Below, piece by piece: positions 1 to 9,981 of a DNA stretch of 64,000 bases. Both the position numbers and the translations under genes were made by a program. Origin of the DNA: Gammaproteobacteria bacterium (GTDB lineage Bacteria > Pseudomonadota > Gammaproteobacteria > Eutrophobiales > Eutrophobiaceae); assembly GCA_965222155.1 (NCBI GenBank), contig CBDCTH010000004.1:256001-320000 (forward strand), read 5' to 3'. Within the stretch, counting starts at the first letter, position 1; each line of letters begins with the position of its first letter. The notes beneath the pieces are model-generated. The model was not told the DNA's origin. It was given only the letters and a program-made list of their open reading frames with translations, and did not search any database.

Positions 1-1
1 C

Positions 2-187
2 CTGGACCGTTGCGCCCGCGTGCACGCCTGGCTGAATGACAAGGATTTTGTCGGGCCGGAAGACGTGCAGGCAGTGGTCTATGACGTACTTCGCCACCGC
101 CTGATATTGAACTACGAAGCGGAAGCCGAAGGGATCACCACGGACCGCGTGATCGGTGAACTGATTACCCGCATCGCAGTACCCTGA
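2..187 (+). CDS. moxR: MoxR-family AAA+ ATPase, C-terminal end (partial at window edge)
   Basis: Manual translation LDRCARVHAWLNDKDFVGPEDVQAVVYDVLRHRLILNYEAEAEG...IAVP* matches the MoxR C-terminal lid; lies upstream of DUF58/vWA genes. Confidence 0.85.
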   Translation: MDRCARVHAWLNDKDFVGPEDVQAVVYDVLRHRLILNYEAEAEGITTDRVIGELITRIAVP

Positions 188-207
188 GGGCAGAGTGAAA
201 CACAGGA

Positions 208-235
208 CGTCATTCCGGCGAATGCCGGAATCCAG
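208..235. repeat. REP-like palindrome, GTCATTCCGGCG..GCCGGAATCCAG family
   Basis: cgtcattccggcgaatgccggaatccag; related copies at about 17070-17208, 44692-44719, 46975-47007, 48670-48698, 50747-50990, 63566-63669. Confidence 0.8.
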
Positions 236-305
236 TCAGATAAAGCACCTTGACCACGGCTTACAACATGCCGGGGTAGGTATAAGCGGCTCATTTTGAT
301 CAGAT

Positions 306-1292
306 ATGCAGGCCAACATCTCCAATGCCGTTACTGATCCGGTACGGGTATCCGTACCGACCCTGGTCGGGTTGAATCGGCAGGCGGCCTCGATCCGGCT
401 GGGCAGCGGCAGGATACTCTCCAGGCAAAGTGGTGATTACCAGTCTCCGTTCCGCGGGCGCGGCATGGAGTTTGATGAGTCAAGGCTATATCAGCCCGGA
501 GATGATATCCGCAATATAGACTGGCGGGTGACGGCCAGAACCGGCAAGACCCATACCAAGCTGTTTCGGGAAGAGCGCGAGCGCCCGGTATTTGTCTGGA
601 TAGATTTACGCGGGGCCATGCATTTCGCCACGCGCGGCAGGTATAAATCAGTTCTGGCCGCGCAACTGGCCGCCTTGATTGCCTGGAGCGCCTTGCATAA
701 TGGCGATCGGGTAGGGGGAGTGGTTTTTTCCGAGGAGGAACATCATGAGTTAAGACCCCAGCGCGGCAAAACCGCGGTATTACGCCTGATCAACAGGATA
801 GTCAACGACGCCGGCTGGGCACATCCGGCGCCTTCCGCAAGCGCTAACCAGTCACTTGAACATGCCTTGCAGCGCCTGCGCCGGGTGGCGCGGCCGGGCA
901 GCCTGATTTTTTTAATCAGTGACTTCCGCCACCTGGACGCCCAGGCGGAGATAACCCTGAACCGGCTGTGCCTGCATAATGAAGTCGCCTTGCTGTTTGT
1001 TTATGATCAACTTGAACAGGCATTGCCTCCACCCGGACGCTACAAGGTAAGTGACGGCAATCGGGAGTTCCTGGTGGATACAACGGATAATCACCTGGTC
1101 GCGCAATACCGCCGGCAGTTTCAAGAGCGCCAGGACCGGTTACGGCAGCTTTCCAGGTCAAACCGGATGATTTTACTCCCGTGCAGAACCGACGCCGAAC
1201 CGCTGTCGCTATTGCTCGACGGCTTGAAGTCCAGCGGCCGAAAGACAGAAGACGCCAGCCCGAAGCCGGAGGAAAAAGGACAGTGGGCATAA
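306..1292 (+). CDS. DUF58 domain protein (MoxR-associated)
   Basis: GRGMEFDESRLYQPGDDIRNIDWRVTAR motif; position in moxR-bat operon. Confidence 0.92.
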   Translation: MQANISNAVTDPVRVSVPTLVGLNRQAASIRLGSGRILSRQSGDYQSPFRGRGMEFDESRLYQPGDDIRNIDWRVTARTGKTHTKLFREERERPVFVWIDLRGAMHFATRGRYKSVLAAQLAALIAWSALHNGDRVGGVVFSEEEHHELRPQRGKTAVLRLINRIVNDAGWAHPAPSASANQSLEHALQRLRRVARPGSLIFLISDFRHLDAQAEITLNRLCLHNEVALLFVYDQLEQALPPPGRYKVSDGNREFLVDTTDNHLVAQYRRQFQERQDRLRQLSRSNRMILLPCRTDAEPLSLLLDGLKSSGRKTEDASPKPEEKGQWA

Positions 1293-1296
1293 TACG

Positions 1297-1845
1297 ATGC
1301 AGCCCGCCTCATTAAATCCGGATCCTGCTACATTGCCGCTCAGGGAAATTCATCTCCCCGAGAGTATTGGCTGGTGGCCGCCGGCGCCGGGGTGGTGGAT
1401 CCTGCCCGGACTCGTGTTGCTGGTGGCAGCCGTGACCTGGTATTGCCAGCTCCTGTACCAGCGCCGCAAGTATTCCGCCATTAACATGGCAAGAAAGGAG
1501 CTGGCCGAGATCAAGTCACGCTATGCCGCTGACCGCGATGCCAGGCACTGTGTCCGGTCTGTTTCCGGTCTATTGAGACGGCTGTGTATCAGTGTATTCC
1601 CCAGGACCGAGAGCGCCGGGTTGACCGGCGCCGAATGGCTGGCATTCTTGCGGGGGGCCGCACAATCTGAAGCCGGAGGAGGGGAGTCACGGGACGGAGG
1701 GCAAAAAACAGGTGATGAAAGATTGCAGCACATAGGCAAGCTGCTGCTTGAAGCCCCGTATCGCCAACAGGTCGTTGAGGAAGACGTCGATTCCTTGATT
1801 GGCTTCTGCTCGGACTGGATTGGCTCACTGGCCGGGAGAAAATAA
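1297..1845 (+). CDS. DUF4381 domain membrane protein
   Basis: LREIHLPESIGWWPPAPGWW N-terminus, TM helix, LTGAEWLAFL. Confidence 0.88.
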   Translation: MQPASLNPDPATLPLREIHLPESIGWWPPAPGWWILPGLVLLVAAVTWYCQLLYQRRKYSAINMARKELAEIKSRYAADRDARHCVRSVSGLLRRLCISVFPRTESAGLTGAEWLAFLRGAAQSEAGGGESRDGGQKTGDERLQHIGKLLLEAPYRQQVVEEDVDSLIGFCSDWIGSLAGRK

Positions 1846-2822
1846 TGATTGCTTTCGAATGGCCCTGGTTAATCCTGTTGTTGCCGCTGCCGTATTTCAT
1901 TTACCGCTACGCGCGTCCCTGCAACGTCGCCGGGAAATCTGCCCTGCGGGTGCCTTTCCTGGATGACTTCGTCGAGGCTGAACCGGACGTCGCGAGCAAA
2001 ACTCGTCCCTGGCCCTTATGGATTGCGCTTATCGCCTGGTGCCTGCTGATTTTCTCCGCCATGCGGCCGCAATGGCTGGGCGACCTGCTTGAAGTTCCCA
2101 TCACCGGCCGGGAACTCATGCTGGCGGTTGATTTGTCCGGCAGCATGGAGCAGCAGGACTTCGCCCAGGGAGGCAGGAGAATTGACCGGCTTACTGCGAC
2201 AAAACTGGTTGCCGGTGATTTTATCGAGCGCCGAATTGGCGACCGGATCGGCCTGATCCTGTTCGGCGAGCAGGCTTATTTGCAGGCGCCCCTGACATTT
2301 GATCGTGAAACGGTCAGGACCTTGTTGTCCGAGGCCGTAATCGGACTTGCCGGGAAATCGACCGCTATCGGCGATGCCATCGGCTTGGCGGTAAAACGCT
2401 TACGCGAGCGCGATGAAAGCCAGCGTGTTCTGGTCCTGTTGACGGATGGCGCGAATACGGCCGGTGTCGTTGACCCGGTTTCCGCGGCTGAACTGGCGGG
2501 CCGCGAGGGATTGAAGATTTATACTATCGGCATAGGCGCCACTGAACTGGTTGAACGCAGCCTGTTCGGCGCCAGGAGGATTAACCCGTCTGCAGACCTT
2601 GACGAGACGGTCCTGAAGGAGATTGCCAACCTGACCGGCGGCGCCTATTTCCGCGCCCGCGACCTGGACGAGTTGGAACAGATATACGCATTGATCGATG
2701 AACTGGAACCCGTTGAACAGGACCCGAAGAAGTTCAGGCCGCAGAAATCCCTTTATTACTGGCCCCTGGCCGCGGCATTATTGCTCGGCGCCTTATTGGG
2801 GCTTATGAAAATACGCATGTGA
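1845..2822 (+). CDS. batA: vWA domain protein, BatA-like
   Basis: MIDAS DLSGSM, TAIGDAIG, LLTDG, terminal TM helices. Confidence 0.88.
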   Translation: MIAFEWPWLILLLPLPYFIYRYARPCNVAGKSALRVPFLDDFVEAEPDVASKTRPWPLWIALIAWCLLIFSAMRPQWLGDLLEVPITGRELMLAVDLSGSMEQQDFAQGGRRIDRLTATKLVAGDFIERRIGDRIGLILFGEQAYLQAPLTFDRETVRTLLSEAVIGLAGKSTAIGDAIGLAVKRLRERDESQRVLVLLTDGANTAGVVDPVSAAELAGREGLKIYTIGIGATELVERSLFGARRINPSADLDETVLKEIANLTGGAYFRARDLDELEQIYALIDELEPVEQDPKKFRPQKSLYYWPLAAALLLGALLGLMKIRM

Positions 2823-4579
2823 CCGTCATGGATATGGAATTATTTCACTTTTTACGGCCACAGTGGTTTTTTGCCTTGCTGCCCCTGGCGCTTCTGCTCT
2901 GGTTCATGTTTTTCAGGAAGGGGGCGGAGAGCAACTGGGAAGCGCTGGTCGACGAACCGTTACTGCCGCATATATTGATCAAGGGTGTGCGCAGCACGCA
3001 GCGCGTTGCGCTCATTTCCAGCGCAGCAGGCGGGTTGCTGGGTATTATTGCACTGGCGGGTCCGGCATGGGAGAAACTGCCGCAACCCGTGTTCACGGTG
3101 CAGGATGCCCTGGTTATCGCCCTGGACCTCACACGTTCCATGGATGCGCCTGACGTGTCTCCCAGCAGGCTGGAACGGGCTCGCTACAAAATCCGGGATA
3201 TTCTGGATCAACGGCAGGAAGGGCAGACTGCTTTGCTGGTCTATACCGGGGAAGCCTTTACGGTCACACCGCTGACCGACGATGGCGCAACCATCAAGTC
3301 GCAATTGAAGGCGCTGGATACCAATATCATGCCGGTAACCGGCAATCGGACCGACAGGGCGCTTGACAAGTCACTGGACCTGCTCAAACAGGCAGGCATG
3401 GGACGCGGCCATGTCTTGCTGATCACCGATGACGCGGACCCGGACAGTGCGCAAGAAAGTGTACGCCGACTGCGTAATGAGGGTTATCAACTTTCCATTC
3501 TGGGCGTAGGCACACGCCACGGCGCGCCTGTGTTGTTGCCGGATGGTGGTTTCCTGAAGGGGAAAGACGGTGAGATCGTCATCCCCGTCCTGGATGAGGA
3601 CGCATTGCGCCGGCTTGCTTCATCAGGCGCAGGAATTTATGTCCGATTGACAAAAGACGATCAGGACATCAGCCTGTTGACCGGGAATTTCTCCGCGGCC
3701 CAACCCGACACTGAGCAGGCCGGCGCCGGGATAACGGCGGATGTCTGGCGCGAACAAGGCCCCTGGCTGGTGTTGTGTCTACTTCCTCTGGCTACCCTGC
3801 TGTTCCGGCGCGGCTATATTTTTGTATTGGCGTTGGTGCTGCTTCCCCCGGCGGGTCCGGTTCACGCACTGGACTGGGAGGGTCTATGGTTGCGTAACGA
3901 TCAACAGGGACAGCGGGCGATGGATGCCCGGGACTATGCGACTGCGGCTGAATTGTTCGATGACCCCGCCTGGAAAGCGGCCGCGCAACACCGCTCCGGA
4001 AATTATCAGGCGGCCCTCGATATCCTGGAACAACTCGATGACACGGAAAGCAATTATAACAGGGGGAACGCACTGGCCCGCCTGGGACGTTACCAGGAGG
4101 CCATCGCAGCTTATGACAAAATCCTGGCTGAACTACCGGATCATGCCGATGCAAAATTCAACCGGGAATTACTGGAGCAGGAACTGGAACGACAGCAACA
4201 GCAACAACAGGAGCAGGAACAACAGGATCAGCAGAACCAGGGGCAACAGGACAGACAACAGGCCGGGCAGGAACAGCAAGAACAGTCCCAATCCCGGCAG
4301 GATGAGGCTCAGCAGGAGCAGGCAGAGCGAAATGAAAGGTCGGAACAGGATAGACAAGAACAGGCTCAACGACAGGAGCAAAATGAACAAGGGAAGCAAC
4401 AACAGGATAGGGAAGCTGAGCAGCAAGTCGCGCAAAGCGACGATATGAAGACTGCCGAGGAGCAACAGGCCACGGAACAATGGCTGCGCCGAATTCCAGA
4501 CGACCCCTCAGGGCTGCTCAGGCGAAAGTTCCGCTATCAGTACCAGCAACGCAACTACGAGGCCAATCAGGATGAATAA
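2819..4579 (+). CDS. vWA + TPR protein, BatB/BatC-like, with Q/E-rich linker
   Basis: DLTRSM vWA motif, YNRGNALARLGRYQEAI TPR, C-terminal EQWLRRIPDDPSGLLRRKF. Confidence 0.88.
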   Translation: MTVMDMELFHFLRPQWFFALLPLALLLWFMFFRKGAESNWEALVDEPLLPHILIKGVRSTQRVALISSAAGGLLGIIALAGPAWEKLPQPVFTVQDALVIALDLTRSMDAPDVSPSRLERARYKIRDILDQRQEGQTALLVYTGEAFTVTPLTDDGATIKSQLKALDTNIMPVTGNRTDRALDKSLDLLKQAGMGRGHVLLITDDADPDSAQESVRRLRNEGYQLSILGVGTRHGAPVLLPDGGFLKGKDGEIVIPVLDEDALRRLASSGAGIYVRLTKDDQDISLLTGNFSAAQPDTEQAGAGITADVWREQGPWLVLCLLPLATLLFRRGYIFVLALVLLPPAGPVHALDWEGLWLRNDQQGQRAMDARDYATAAELFDDPAWKAAAQHRSGNYQAALDILEQLDDTESNYNRGNALARLGRYQEAIAAYDKILAELPDHADAKFNRELLEQELERQQQQQQEQEQQDQQNQGQQDRQQAGQEQQEQSQSRQDEAQQEQAERNERSEQDRQEQAQRQEQNEQGKQQQDREAEQQVAQSDDMKTAEEQQATEQWLRRIPDDPSGLLRRKFRYQYQQRNYEANQDE

Positions 4580-6293
4580 ATCTGGTAATATCTTCGGGCT
4601 GGTCATAGTGACTGTCCTGGCGCTGTTTCCCGGTTTCTCCGGCGCCGCAACCATTACCGTCAAAACCGATCGGAACCCGGCTGTATTACAGGAATCCTTC
4701 CAGTTGGTATTTGAAGCTGCCGGAAGCGTGGATGGCGATCCCGATTTTTCTCCGTTGGAAAAAGACTTTCAGGTGCTGTCCACCAGCACCAGTACCAGCA
4801 TGAGTATCGTCAACACAAAAATCACCCGCACCAAACAATGGCGACTGACCGTATTGCCGCTGAATACTGGCAACCTGGTTATCCCTGCCATTTCTTTCGG
4901 CAAGGATATAAGTCCACAAACGCCATTGACGGTCAAACAGGCCGCAACCGGTTCGACAGATCAGGCCTCGCGGGACATATATCTGGAAGTCGAGGTGGTC
5001 CCTGAGTCGGCTTATGTCCAAGCCGAATTGATTTATACCGTAAAACTGTATCGCGCGATCGCCACATCCAACGAGACCTTATCCGAACCGGAACTGAGCC
5101 AGGGGAGCGCAATTATTGAACCGCTGGATGCGGACAGGAGTTATGACCTCTTCATTGAAGGCAGGCGCTATGCCGTCTTTGAAAGGCGCTACGGTATCTA
5201 TCCCCAGGTCAGCGGGACCTTGCTGCTCAAGCCGGTCCGGTTTCAGGCGCAGGTGTCGGCAACCTCATCCTTCAGTCTCGATCCGTTCGGAGCCAGGACA
5301 AATACGCTGGTAAGACAATCGGAACCGGTACGGCTGGAGATCAAACCGGTCTCCGGCGCCTACCAGAGCGGACACTGGCTGCCCGCGACTGACGTGAAGA
5401 TAACCGAGAAGTGGTCAAAAAACCCGCTTGAGTTGTTGCCCAATGAACCGGTGACCCGTACCCTCACGCTTAGCGCGCAGGGTTTGACCGCCAGCCAGTT
5501 GCCGGAAATGCAGGAACAACTCCCCGCAGACTTCAAGCAATATCCCGATATACCGGTGCTGAAAAACCAGCAGGCCGCTATCGGAATAACAGGGATAAGA
5601 CAGCAAAAGAACGCCATTATCCCGGCGCGGGCGGGTGAATTTACCTTGCCGGGGATCTCTCTGCCCTGGTGGAATAGCGAGACGCAGACCATGGAAAATG
5701 CAGTTTTACCCGAACGGCGCGTACAGGTAGCGGCGGTTGAATCGGAGGCAGCTATCGAGGCGCCGGACTTGCCTGCGCTTGATTTGGATACGGCGGACCC
5801 TGGACAGACAGTCCCGGACGCCGCGCAGACTGCCACAGCCGAAGACACGGCCCCTCCCGACGTTTCGCTCTGGCAATGGCTTACCTGCATCCTGGCGGTA
5901 ACCTGGGTCATCACTCTCGTATATATACTGAACAATAGAAGACGCCCGCGGCCTGTGACCCCGCAGACGCATACAGGAGATATTAACGAGGCGCTGAAAG
6001 CCCTTAAACGGGCCTGTCAGGACAATGACCCGCAACGGGCAAAAGCGGCTTTGTTACGCTGGGCAAAGGCGCGCGCAAGCGGAGCGCCGGTCACCAGCCT
6101 GGGCGACCTGGAACAACACAGCAGTGAGAAACTGGCTGCGGAAATCCGCGATCTGTCGCGCCGGCTTTATTCCCGTGCGACAGACCCCTGGCGCGGCGAA
6201 CCATTGTGGCAGGCATTTTTGCAGGAGCGCAAAACTGCCGATACGGAAACAGCGCTGACCCGCGGCAACCTGGAGCCACTATTTCGTCTGTAG
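4572..6293 (+). CDS. batD: BatD family protein
   Basis: Signal peptide, repeated BatD beta modules, C-terminal TM; last gene of the bat operon. Confidence 0.85.
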   Translation: MNKSGNIFGLVIVTVLALFPGFSGAATITVKTDRNPAVLQESFQLVFEAAGSVDGDPDFSPLEKDFQVLSTSTSTSMSIVNTKITRTKQWRLTVLPLNTGNLVIPAISFGKDISPQTPLTVKQAATGSTDQASRDIYLEVEVVPESAYVQAELIYTVKLYRAIATSNETLSEPELSQGSAIIEPLDADRSYDLFIEGRRYAVFERRYGIYPQVSGTLLLKPVRFQAQVSATSSFSLDPFGARTNTLVRQSEPVRLEIKPVSGAYQSGHWLPATDVKITEKWSKNPLELLPNEPVTRTLTLSAQGLTASQLPEMQEQLPADFKQYPDIPVLKNQQAAIGITGIRQQKNAIIPARAGEFTLPGISLPWWNSETQTMENAVLPERRVQVAAVESEAAIEAPDLPALDLDTADPGQTVPDAAQTATAEDTAPPDVSLWQWLTCILAVTWVITLVYILNNRRRPRPVTPQTHTGDINEALKALKRACQDNDPQRAKAALLRWAKARASGAPVTSLGDLEQHSSEKLAAEIRDLSRRLYSRATDPWRGEPLWQAFLQERKTADTETALTRGNLEPLFRL

Positions 6294-6307
6294 TCAGGGG
6301 ACAAACA

Positions 6308-6332
6308 GGGGACAGATTTAAAATCTGTCCCC
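6308..6332. repeat. Palindrome GGGGACAGATTT-A-AAATCTGTCCCC family
   Basis: 12-bp perfect arms; related copies at 18724-18748, 20945-20960 (half), 36338-36359, 57319-57343, 60370-60395. Confidence 0.85.
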
Positions 6333-6365
6333 AAATATACAAATATACATACTGTCTATCACTCC

Positions 6366-7166
6366 TCACAGTTTGACAAACTTCATGGTCATCCTGTCGC
6401 TTTCGCCTATGGCGGTGTATTTTGCCCTGTCCTTCTCACCCAGGCGGTACGTGGGAGGCAGGGTCCAGACGCCCTCCGGATAATCCTTGGTGTCTTTTGG
6501 GTTGGCATTGGTTTCCGATTTTTTCACCAGTTCAAAGCCCATGCCTTCCAGCAGTCCGATCAGGTAACTTTCAGGCACGTAGCCGAGTTCGGCGCTTTCC
6601 TTGGCATCGCTCCCGGGTTCGGCCCGGTGCTGGACCACGCCCAGAGTCCCGCCGGGCTTGAGCACCCGGTAAAGTGAACGGTATATGTCTTCCACAGCGC
6701 CGGAACGGATCCAGTTGTGGGTATTGCGAAACGTCAGCACCACGTCGAAACCGGCATCCTCGAAGTTCTCCAGGTATGCCTCACCCTGGAACACGCCGAG
6801 TACGACCTTGCCGTAAATCTCCGGTTCGCCGTCAAATTTTTCCACAAGTTTGTTATGAATGCTGCGCAGGTACTCAACGGAATGTTCATGGCCGAAACTG
6901 GCGACCGCGAGCAGGCCGTCATCTTTCAGGTACGGGGCCAGTATCTCTGTATACCAGCCGCCGCCGGGCAGGATTTCAAGCACGCGCATATCCGGCTTGA
7001 TGCCGAAGAACGACAGGGTTTCCTTGGGATGGCGATAGACGTCCCTGGCTACGTTTTTCGCATCCCGTTGTGATCCTGAGATGACCGCGTCCAGCGGGTC
7101 CGGGCCGTTTTCGGCACATCCTGAAACCACAACCGTGAACAACAAGAAACTGATTACACTTCGCAC
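6366..7166 (-). CDS. Predicted SAM-dependent methyltransferase (COG4798-like), lipoprotein
   Basis: RDVYRHPKETLSFFG, VLEILPGGGWYT, FRNTHNW, GVWTLPPT, IGESDRM; lipobox VSGC. Confidence 0.85.
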   Translation of the reverse strand: MRSVISFLLFTVVVSGCAENGPDPLDAVISGSQRDAKNVARDVYRHPKETLSFFGIKPDMRVLEILPGGGWYTEILAPYLKDDGLLAVASFGHEHSVEYLRSIHNKLVEKFDGEPEIYGKVVLGVFQGEAYLENFEDAGFDVVLTFRNTHNWIRSGAVEDIYRSLYRVLKPGGTLGVVQHRAEPGSDAKESAELGYVPESYLIGLLEGMGFELVKKSETNANPKDTKDYPEGVWTLPPTYRLGEKDRAKYTAIGESDRMTMKFVKL

Positions 7167-7268
7167 AATTTTTTCTCCTATAGTATTGACGCCATCTAAA
7201 CGTTACTATGACTTTGTTAAAGGACAAGTCAGGTTGCGATCCATATTTAATATGCCAACCAGTTTCTG

Positions 7269-8108
7269 TTACTCCAAATTTTCTCTGGAGAAATAGTTCT
7301 CTGAAATTCCCGCTTTTTTTGGTGTGGGATATGTCTCTATATCCGGCATCTCATCCTTTTTCAAATATTTCCTTGCATCTTTGGTAAATACGGTAACCAT
7401 GCCACTGGCAGCACATCTAATGCCCACTGGACGAGTTGTAGTCATGTTTTTATTACTTCCTGTGACTCCATGCCAAGGTTCCCCGCGTAATCCCTGCCAT
7501 TGAGCGAGGTAGAACAATGAACCGAATTGGCGAGTCGGTGGAGGTAAGGTGTCAATACCTCCAGGCCAATTTAAACCCGGTAATTCCCCGTTTTCAGCAC
7601 GACCAGCAAGTTCCAGATTTGTTTCTTTTAATTGTAACCCTATTGAGTGACAAATTTTCAGCGTATCTCCTGTGCTTATTTGTTTCCCCGAGAGATAGTT
7701 CTTACTATCCCCGGTAAACACTACAAGCCAACCTGTACGGGTACACATAAGAGGTATTTCCTGTGAGGGCGTTATATCCAGGTCTTTACCCGACAACCCT
7801 TGTAATTGAGCAAGATAGTACAAAGTGCCGTATTTCGCATTCAGCTCTTTATTTTTCTTGATGTCTTTTGCGTGCTTGCTGTTAATATCAATAAATTCGC
7901 TTATGCCACCAGCCCAGTTTAAGGTAGGCAATTGGCCATTCAGTGCTCTGCGGACGACCTCTGGTTTATTTCGGTGCCATTCTCGTCCGTTTTCCCAGCA
8001 GGTAATTAATCCGCCGTCATCACCATTCCAACGTTCATCGTAGGACAGTTCCCCCCGGTTCGGTTCTGAAAATTTTCTAGTGACTCGCTGTAATGCAGGA
8101 AGACTCAT
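7269..8108 (-). CDS. Hypothetical protein with two tandem copies of an unrecognised ~120-aa domain
   Basis: 279-aa ORF; internal repeat NGxLPxLNWxGGI...G(T/S)LxYLAQxQGL...CxxxGxxxVFTxD. Confidence 0.7.
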   Translation of the reverse strand: MSLPALQRVTRKFSEPNRGELSYDERWNGDDGGLITCWENGREWHRNKPEVVRRALNGQLPTLNWAGGISEFIDINSKHAKDIKKNKELNAKYGTLYYLAQLQGLSGKDLDITPSQEIPLMCTRTGWLVVFTGDSKNYLSGKQISTGDTLKICHSIGLQLKETNLELAGRAENGELPGLNWPGGIDTLPPPTRQFGSLFYLAQWQGLRGEPWHGVTGSNKNMTTTRPVGIRCAASGMVTVFTKDARKYLKKDEMPDIETYPTPKKAGISENYFSRENLE

Positions 8109-8142
8109 ATGACGATATTCTGTGCTTCATTGATCTTTCGGG

Positions 8143-9180
8143 TTATTTCTGCTGTGCTTTCTTTGCTGCCAGGGTTTGTAGGGGAACAGGTGGTTGATGG
8201 TTGGCTACCAGTGAGAGAAAATCCGTCTCGCTGATGATTTTTATATCGTGTCCCCCTGAAATTAACTCTTCAGCTTTAATATGTTTACTGCTTTTTCCCG
8301 AAGATGATTTAATTGCAGAATTTTTTTGAATTCCGCTGACTAAAATTGTTGTTTTCTTGGAAACGGAAGTACTAACCTTACAGCCCATAAATGATGCGTA
8401 AATTGCGGCCTCAGCGCGAGGCATTTGTAATTCTCCTGTGAACACGAGTACCTCTCCGAAATGTTCTCCATCAGGATTACCTTCTCTCCTGAGAGGTTCA
8501 TATGTTTGTCTTTCCCGCTTTTTCCTGTGGAAATTATTTTTCTCGAATATGCGCAGCCAGTATTCTATATCGACATGTTTTTCACGACAGGCTGCAAGTG
8601 TAATCTCTGCCGCAGCTACTGCATCCTCCAATGCATCGTGATGCCTGAATTCATATCCAATGTAATGTGCCACGTTTTTAAGTCCATATCCCCGCTGACC
8701 AAATTTCTCCGCCCATGCACGACGTACTACCTTGGCGCTGTCCAGCCAATAGACTTGTAATTGGTCCTGTCCGTATTTATCCATAGATGTTTCAAAGGCG
8801 CTACGGTCGAAGCTGGTATGTGATACCAGCACCTGACCCCGAAGGCGTTGTCGTAGTTCCTCCCGGACTTCTGGCAAGGTCGGAGACTCTTGAACCTGCT
8901 TTGCTGTGATGCCGTGTATGCCGATATTGAAATCGTCAAATTCATCTTCGGGGTCTACCAATGTACTCCAGCGGTCATTAATCTGGCCATCAACAACATG
9001 AGCTATTCCAATCTGACATATGGTTGAACGATCACTATTAGCAGTTTCAACATCCACGGCATTAAATGTCATCCCGCATCCAGCCACATCTTCCAGGGAC
9101 AACCCCTGTTTGCCTCTGTTTTCACGCAGGTTTGTAATGGTGGTATCAGGGTCATTGAGTTGGAATTTAATGCTAATCAT
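8143..9180 (-). CDS. DEDDh 3'-5' exonuclease (DnaQ-like) fused to a BRCT domain; alternative start at 9072
   Basis: ExoI DVETAN, ExoII HTSFD, ExoIII HHDALEDA; BRCT-like VFTGEL...SVSKKTTILVSG...KIISETDF. Confidence 0.88.
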   Translation of the reverse strand: MISIKFQLNDPDTTITNLRENRGKQGLSLEDVAGCGMTFNAVDVETANSDRSTICQIGIAHVVDGQINDRWSTLVDPEDEFDDFNIGIHGITAKQVQESPTLPEVREELRQRLRGQVLVSHTSFDRSAFETSMDKYGQDQLQVYWLDSAKVVRRAWAEKFGQRGYGLKNVAHYIGYEFRHHDALEDAVAAAEITLAACREKHVDIEYWLRIFEKNNFHRKKRERQTYEPLRREGNPDGEHFGEVLVFTGELQMPRAEAAIYASFMGCKVSTSVSKKTTILVSGIQKNSAIKSSSGKSSKHIKAEELISGGHDIKIISETDFLSLVANHQPPVPLQTLAAKKAQQK

Positions 9181-9273
9181 TGTAAATATTTCTAATACAT
9201 TTCAATATGTTTGGTGACACTGAAAAATAACATAGCAAATGAATACATTTGTAAATTGCGAAGTTATATAAAA

Positions 9274-9981
9274 TCACATATCAGCATATTGTGCATATGC
9301 ATCTGACTCCAATCTGTTTTTTCTAATTCCTGATCGTGACCAGTGTTGGTCTATTTCCTGAATAAAGGAGGGGCGCACCAGTTTTGCCCTCTTTACCAGC
9401 CAGTTATCACTCTCATATCTGATGCATATACCCTCTGCCGGTTGGTCGCCGAGTTTTGACTTCGCAAGTAACAACTTAATTTCGTCGAGAGTAAAGCGGC
9501 CGCGGGCAAGTAAGGGAACATGTTCAACACCTATTTCCCGCAACAACTCATCGCGCCGATTGACAGCCAGAAAATTATCGGTTTGTTTATCATAAACATC
9601 AAAACCCAGAAACCAGTCAGGCAGCCAGTCGTACTTAACAGAATGCTGGGCATAACACCATTCTCCAAACAGGATATAGCGCTCACTGATTATATCGAAA
9701 AAAGTTTCCGTTCTAGGAGCTAACCAGCCGGCCAGACTTTTCCATTGACCTGAGCCAGGGAGACGCAGGTAGTCGCCTCTGTTTTGAGCGCGAATATTCC
9801 CATCGGAATCAAACGAGATGCCAAGATTAGCTCCATCCACTTTTTCTTCAATAATGAGTTCGTGTTGCAGGAATTCATCACGCTCAGATTTTGACATGAC
9901 CTTATCACCCCTCACTGACATGTCTTCGAGCACCGTCAAGTGAGAGGTGGAGGGATACTTGAAGAAATCAGACGATTTCAT
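9274..9981 (-). CDS. ATP-dependent RNA ligase family protein (nucleotidyltransferase domain only)
   Basis: Motif I EEKVDGAN, III LFGEW, IIIa FLGFDVYD, IV AEGICIR, V AKLVR; no OB domain evident. Confidence 0.85.
   Translation of the reverse strand: MKSSDFFKYPSTSHLTVLEDMSVRGDKVMSKSERDEFLQHELIIEEKVDGANLGISFDSDGNIRAQNRGDYLRLPGSGQWKSLAGWLAPRTETFFDIISERYILFGEWCYAQHSVKYDWLPDWFLGFDVYDKQTDNFLAVNRRDELLREIGVEHVPLLARGRFTLDEIKLLLAKSKLGDQPAEGICIRYESDNWLVKRAKLVRPSFIQEIDQHWSRSGIRKNRLESDAYAQYADM

Noticed and set aside
4190-4440. Q/E-rich repeat and antisense Leu-rich ORF 4169-4480
   Set aside because: Ordinary low-complexity linker of BatB/C-type proteins; the antisense ORF is its shadow.
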